Source: Macrostomum lignano
Taxonomy: Eukaryota
Assembly (NCBI GenBank): GCA_002269645.1
Contig: NIVC01003263.1
Span: 1 to 26,697, forward strand
Direction: 5' to 3'
Length of the DNA stretch: 26,697 nt
The translations under genes and the position numbers were made by a program. Shown here in pieces: positions 21,240-26,697 of the stretch; the first letter of the stretch is position 1; each line of letters begins with the position of its first letter. Below the pieces are notes generated by a model, which searched no databases, had not been told where the DNA came from, and worked only from the letters and a program-made list of their open reading frames with translations.

Positions 21240-21545
21240 TATGCAGATGTTCGCCTGACAACGCAGTTGCGGGCAGCAGGCGGAGCAGGCGAGCCACCGG
21301 ACAGGCGTCCGAGCAACAGGGAGCTCCGCTGCCGCAGCAGAAGCAGCGCTGCTGCTGCTCTTGCGGTTCGCCCTTCATTGATGAAGCCGCCAGCCCGATG
21401 GCACCCGCGACAGCCAGCAGTTCCAAATGCTCTTTGCTGCTGTCTTTGTTGAAATAATCAGACTGCAACTGCAATGCTCGCAGTCTGTCTTCGTAGACTG
21501 CGAATTTGGGAAATTCACAGGAAGCGACAGCCAGACAAGCGTTTC
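21240..21545 (-). CDS. IAP-like protein exon 2, degenerate BIR (FPKFAVYEDRLRAL...ELLAVAG...RCFCCGSG...EH)
   Basis: BIR hallmarks YExRL, LAxAG, CFxC, EH; acceptor cctcAG at 21547-21546; donor A|GTAAAT at 21239 is weaker; 306 nt keeps phase 1. Confidence 0.82.
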
Positions 21546-21559
21546 CTGAGGGTGTTGTA

Positions 21560-21960
21560 GTGGATTCTGTACAGGGTTCTGTACGGGGGGGTACTGTAGG
21601 GATTTCTGTAGGGGTTACTGTAAATGGTTCTGTAGATCGTACTGTAAGGTATTGTAGGGTACTGTGGGGATTTTTGTAGATTTTACTGTAAAGGGTTCTG
21701 TGGTGGGTTCTGTTGTGTGTAGTGGGGGTACATGTACTGTAAATGGTTCTGTAAGGGGTACTGTAAAGGGTTCTGTAAGGGGTACTGTAAAGGGTTCTGT
21801 AAGGGGTACTGTAAAGGGTTCTGTAAGGGGTACTGTAAAGGGTTCTGTAAGGGGTACTGTAAAGGGTTCTGTAAGGGGTACTGTAAAGGGTTCTGTAAGG
21901 GGTACTGTAAAGGGTTCTGTAAGGGGTACTGTAAAGGGTTCTGTAAGGGGTACTGTTGGA
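21560..21960. repeat. 24-bp minisatellite AAGGGGTACTGTAAAGGGTTCTGT (diverged dimer of a 12-mer) in IAP intron 1
   Basis: Perfect copies at ~21745-21955; explains ORFs 21615..22025, 21664..21984 and 21732..22022. Confidence 0.96.
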
Positions 21961-22562
21961 TCTTTCAAAGTATTGAAATGCTGATTGGACAGATGGGATA
22001 CTTTAAAGGGATATCTTTTTAGCAAAGAGTTGGTTAGCTTGGGCTTTAAACGCGGTACTTCTTAAGGCTTATAAAAACACTTATATACGCAGTTGGTGTT
22101 TTTTGTTTAAACGTGCTTGAGGTGCCTCATAAAAATGGCCATTTGGGGGAGAGTGGGCACTCCAGATACTTGCTTAAAGCTTCCTTAGCTTCCATTGTAG
22201 GCGCGTACAGCACTGTTGAATTCAAAAGCAGCAGTCAGGCAGACTCACAGGGTACTTCAGTATAGCAATTGCACAGTTGACAATAATAGCTCTAAGAGCT
22301 CAAAGTGCACACTGAGAGACAGCCTAAATCTGAACATGGAACCGAAATTTTTTAACATTTGAGTTTTAATAAACATTGATTCATTCTACACTTTTTACGA
22401 CTTGAAATATTCCAAAAAGATTTGTAGCGTTTTCAATATTCTAAGCACTAAATTTTAGATGATTTTTCTCATATATGATTTAGACCAAAATTAGACTAAT
22501 ATTCTCTAATGTTAATCTGAACGCTCCATTTCAGAACTAAATCAGAATGGATTTGAGCTTAC

Positions 22563-22704
22563 CAACAATGTAGGCCTGCAGAGACCCAGCATCGACGCCC
22601 TTGACGCTCGCCGACTGCAGTTTAGTTGAGGTCTCGTGGCCAAACAAATTCTGCAGCAATTTGCCTACAAAAGGTTTGATAAACTCAGCATTGGATTGTG
22701 CCAT
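22563..22704 (-). CDS. IAP-like protein coding exon 1: MAQSNAEFIKPFVGKLLQNLFGHETSTKLQSASVKGVDAGSLQAYIV(G)
   Basis: ATG at 22704 two nt after a tacgtAG acceptor; donor G|GTAAGC at 22562; phase 1; the four exons sum to 1089 nt = 362 aa plus stop. Confidence 0.7.
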
Positions 22705-22949
22705 TTCTACGTATATGTGCAGAGTTTTATGAGAACAGCTTTCGGACAATGGAATCGAGAAGGTTAGCTTTGTGGCGCATATGTGTGTATATATACTGTA
22801 TACAAGCTAGCTGCACTGCAGCTGTACCTGCAGGTAGCCACCCCACAACAGCAACCCCAGCACCCACCCCCTAATTCCTATACCTTTTTTGTATAGCACG
22901 GATAGAAAATCATCATACTTAATTAGACCTTTCTTAAGACATGACGTTC

Positions 22950-24110
22950 ACTGTCGCTAAAAGGGGTCACTGAATCTATGCGACTACTAGGGTCACTGTC
23001 CCTAGTGGGGGTCACTGAGCCTACATGTATGCGGTTGCTAGGGTCACTGTCCCTAGTGGGGGTCACTGAGCCTACATGTATGCGGTTGCTAGGGTCACTG
23101 TCCCTAGTGGGGGTCACTGAGCCTACATGTATGCGGTTGCTAGGTCACTGTCCCTAGTGGGGGTCACTGAGCCTATGCGGTTGCTAGGGTCACTGTCCCT
23201 AGTGGGGGTCACTGAGCCTACATGTATGCGGTTGTTAGGGTCACTGTCCCTAGTGGGGGTCACTGAGCCTACATGTATGCGGTTGTTAGGGTCACTGTCC
23301 CTAGTGGGGGTCACTGAGCCTACATGTATGCGGTTGCTAGGTCACTGTCGCTAGTGGGGGTCACTGAGCCTATGCGGTTGCTAGGGTCACTGTCCCTAGT
23401 GGGGGTCACTGAGCCTACATGTATGCGGTTGCTAGGTCACTGTCGCTAAAAGGGTCACTGAATCTATGCGACTGCTAGGGTCACTGTCCCTAGTGGGGGT
23501 CACTGAGCCTATGCGGTTGCTAGGGTCACTGTCCCTAGTGGGGGTCACTGAGCCTACATGTATGCGGTTGCTAGGTCACTGTCCCTAGTGGGGGTCACTG
23601 AGCCTATGCGGTTGCTAGGGTCACTGTCCCTAGTGGGGGTCACTGAGCCTACATGTATGCGGTTGCTAGGTCACTGTCCCTAGTGGGGTCACTGAGCCTA
23701 TGCGGTTGCTAGGGTCACTGTCCCTAGTGGGGGTCACTGAGCCTACATGTATGCGGTTGCTAGGGTCACTGTCCCTAGTGGGGGTCACTGAGCCTACATG
23801 TATGCGGTTGCTAGGTCACTGTCCCTAGTGGGGGTCACTGAGCCTATGCGGTTGCTAGGGTCACTGTCCCTAGTGGGGTCACTGAGCCTATGCGGTTGCT
23901 AGGGTCACTGTCCCTAGTGGGGTCACTGAGCCTACATGTATGCGGTTGCTAGGTCACTGTCCCTAGTGGGGGTCACTGAGCCTATGCGGTTGCTAGGGTC
24001 ATTGTCCCTAGTGGGGGTCACTGAGCCTATGCGGTTGCTAGGGTCACTGTCCCTAGTGGGGTCACTGAGCCTATGCGGTTGCTAAGGTCACTGTCCCCAG
24101 AGAGGGTCAC
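22950..24110. repeat. 45/51-bp minisatellite GGGTCACTGTCCCTAGTGGGGGTCACTGAGCCTA[CATGTA]TGCGGTTGCTA
   Basis: Tandem copies with two length variants; explains ORFs 22923..23117, 23123..23314 and 23127..23354. Confidence 0.97.
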
Positions 24111-24479
24111 TCAATCTGAAGAAGAGCAGTCGGTAGCACCCAGTCAAAGCCCCTGGACAAACCCGAACGGCACCAGCGAATGGCACCAGCGCATCTCCCT
24201 CAAGTACCCCAGAAGATGTTTCAAAGAAGAGATCAATAGCTTTTTTCTAGTTGTCCTTGATTAAGGCACCCGGTAGTACCGGTAGTTTCCATGGCTCTAT
24301 AATATGTGGATAGCCTGTGTGTTTTTACCTCACTGTAAATATTAAAAAATTGTTATTGCTACTGCGAGTAGAGCGTGTGAAAATGTAATAATTAAAATGC
24401 GTAGGAATAAGCCTTGTATTTTCTTAATGCACTTGAAGCAGAAACTAATTCTTTGAAGACGCCTCCACTGACATCTTAC

Positions 24480-24916
24480 TACTCCTGACATCTCACTGGC
24501 CTGGCCTAACTGACACCTCACTGTCTCTCCTGACACCTCACTGTCTCTCCTGACACTTCACTGTCTCTCCTGACACCTCACTGTCTCTCCTGACACCTCA
24601 CTGTCTCTCCTGACACCTCACTGTCTCTCCTGACACCTCACTGTCTCTCCTGACACCTCACTGTCTCTCCTGACACCTCACTGTCTCTCCTGACACCTCA
24701 CTGTCTCTCCTGACACCTCACTGTCTCTCCTGACACCTCACTGTCTCTCCTGACACCTCACTGTCTCTCCTGACACCTCACTGTCTCTCCTGACACCTCA
24801 CTGTCTCTCCTGACACCTCACTGTCTCTCCTGACACCTCACTGTCTCTCCTGACACCTCACTGTCTCTCCTGACACCTCACTGTCTCTCCTGACACCTCA
24901 CTGTCTCTCCTGACAC
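24480..24916. repeat. 20-bp minisatellite CTGACACCTCACTGTCTCTC, 20 near-perfect copies (24510-24909) with a degenerate left edge
   Basis: Directly visible; one single-base variant in the third copy. Confidence 0.98.
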
Positions 24917-25679
24917 TGAAAGAAATATTTTCAAATGTATTGTAATACCTCACTCGTGGCGCAGATCAAAAGTCTAACGAAAAGTGGTAACACAGTGTAG
25001 TTTAACGCGTGAACGAAGTTTTAGCTTGATTAATTTTCTGCTGTAGAAACTGTCCTGTTACATGTAAAGCTGGAAAATATTCCAGTCTAATTTAAAAAAC
25101 TTTTCGTCACAAACTGCGTGGATTTCACTTTCAACGGAGAGGGGTTGCGCCGGAGTGCAAGCCCAATCTATTTTTAGACACACTCGGGCGGGGCTTTCCC
25201 AGACCCCAAGCTGGGGAATCTCCACCGGCCGGGCCAGCGAAGGCTGCCGCCTTGCGGCAGTTTAACGAGGAAAATTCCATCGCTAAGAATGAGCGATGAC
25301 GGTCGGAAAGGGGGAATCCTTGAATTCTTTTTCTTGTTAGAAAAAACTTTGAACTTTTAATCAAAATATGGAAATACTACTGGCAGTCTAGTAATCTGCA
25401 ATTTTTTAAATAAACGATACATTTAGTTTCTGACCTTGCATAGTCACCATTGTTGATCTCTAAAGGAAAATGATTTTTACAGCAAAAAAGCATCAGCCCT
25501 AAAAGCCAGCTGTTTAGCCTAAAATATCAGCATCCCCTTGAGAAACAGCATCTCAGCAATTTCCCCATGAGCCATGAAATCACAGCAATTCCACATATGC
25601 GCTTTGAAATTTCTGCAATTTCTCATCTCAGCAAGAGTAGAGGATGACAAAGTATGGAGTGGAGAGTGATTAAAGGGAA

Positions 25680-26100
25680 GTGTAAGGTGACAGAAATGAG
25701 TGCCGGGTGACAGAAATGAGGATTGCAGGTGACAGAAATGAAGAGTGAAGAGTGACAGAAGTGAGGAGTGGAGGGTGACAGAAGTGAGGAGGGGGACAGA
25801 AATGAGGAATGCAGAGTGACAGAAATGAGGATTGGAGAGTGACAGAACTGAGGAGTGGAGAGTGACAGAAATGAGGAGTGGACAGTGACAGAAATGAGGA
25901 GTGCAGAGTGACAGAAACGAGGAGTGGAGAGTGACAGAAATGAGGAGTGGAGAGTGACAGAAATGAGGAGTGGAGAGTGACAGAAATGAGGAGTGGAGAG
26001 TGACAGAAATGAGGAGTGGAGAGTGACAGAAATGAGGAGTGGAGAGTGACAGAAATGAGGAGTGGAGAGTGACAGAAATGAGGAGTGGAGAGTGACAGAA
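25680..26100. repeat. 23-bp minisatellite GAGTGGAGAGTGACAGAAATGAG
   Basis: Tandem copies; explains ORF 25519..26121. Confidence 0.97.
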
Positions 26101-26697
26101 TTTAGTTTCTTTCAAACTCATTTGAACTACTTTTAAAATCAGGAAAGTTGCTAATAATGTACCTGAGACAACGCTAACATGAGTTTAGTTAAGAACCTTG
26201 AAAACTTAGGTCATTGGTCACTATACAACAAACCGGTTTTGGCCACTTTATAACCGGTTTCTGGCAATTTGTTTTGTTTATAGCAGCTACGTTCAATTTT
26301 TGTGAATCAGCCGTGTTTACCCGACTCTGTCATTGCTCACAGCCCATGATGTTAAACAAATGTAACAAAAATTGTTTAACACACTGAAGCTATCAAAACT
26401 TGTGCAATGTTTTTCATTAACCAGAATGGATTGATATAATTTAAACAAAACAGACGACAACAATATTAACAATCCTCGAACAAAATTGTCTCACGACAAA
26501 TTCAATTAAAGTTACTCAAAACTGGGAATTACTCGTATAACTAGGCAGCTACAATGACCCCCTATAATGCATAATCGGGTTAAAGTCAGTCGCAATGCCC
26601 AGTCCAGCTTATCTCCTCGTGTTTCTATTGAATACGCAGCCAGTGCTGTACATGCCGCTGATAACGGATAAGACCGGAGCAGGCCGTGTAAAGCTGT

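Noticed and set aside
21615-22025. Mucin-like (TVPLTEPF)n and Cys-rich (CKGFCKGY)n ORFs
   Set aside because: 24-bp satellite inside IAP intron 1; splicing around it gives a coherent protein.
24110-24263. Exon-like unique segment after the 51-bp array (e.g. APGQTRTAPANGTSASPSSTPEDVSKKRSIAFF* on +)
   Set aside because: Several frames on both strands are similarly open, no family is recognised and no partner exon could be assigned.

Overview
Eukaryotic, almost certainly animal, genomic DNA with GT-AG introns and about 9 kb (roughly one third) in about 15 different micro/minisatellite arrays. Most long ORFs in the supplied track are artefacts of these arrays. Three spliced minus-strand genes can be built by hand. 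(1) A 4-exon, 405-aa non-receptor classical protein tyrosine phosphatase (6345->1858) with an MGNCAS N-terminus plus polybasic patch, no WPD motif and an acidic insert; all intron phases are consistent. (2) A 3-exon PQ-loop transporter, SLC66A2/PQLC1-like (11638->10217); its intron-2 donor is unresolved. (3) A 4-exon, 362-aa IAP-like protein with degenerate BIR, UBA-like region and C-terminal RING (22704->19369); all phases are consistent. Also present: a 106-aa orphan ORF on + (18186-18506), a CCAAT/CCAAT/TATA promoter near 16.8 kb facing the minus strand, and an internally deleted mariner element (12772-13507; ~200-bp TIRs, TA target duplication, transposase remnant). The mariner lies in a ~2.8-kb domain that is almost CpG-free, and its TIR arms differ mainly by TG/CA<->TA changes, a RIP-like signature. 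Other unusual signals are satellites that start at or contain 5' splice sites and a dispersed TACATGTA palindrome that matches a Tc1/mariner excision footprint. The GC-rich exons with satellite-filled introns recall Macrostomum-type flatworm genomes, but that is an unverified impression. All alignments and counts were done by eye; no searches were run.
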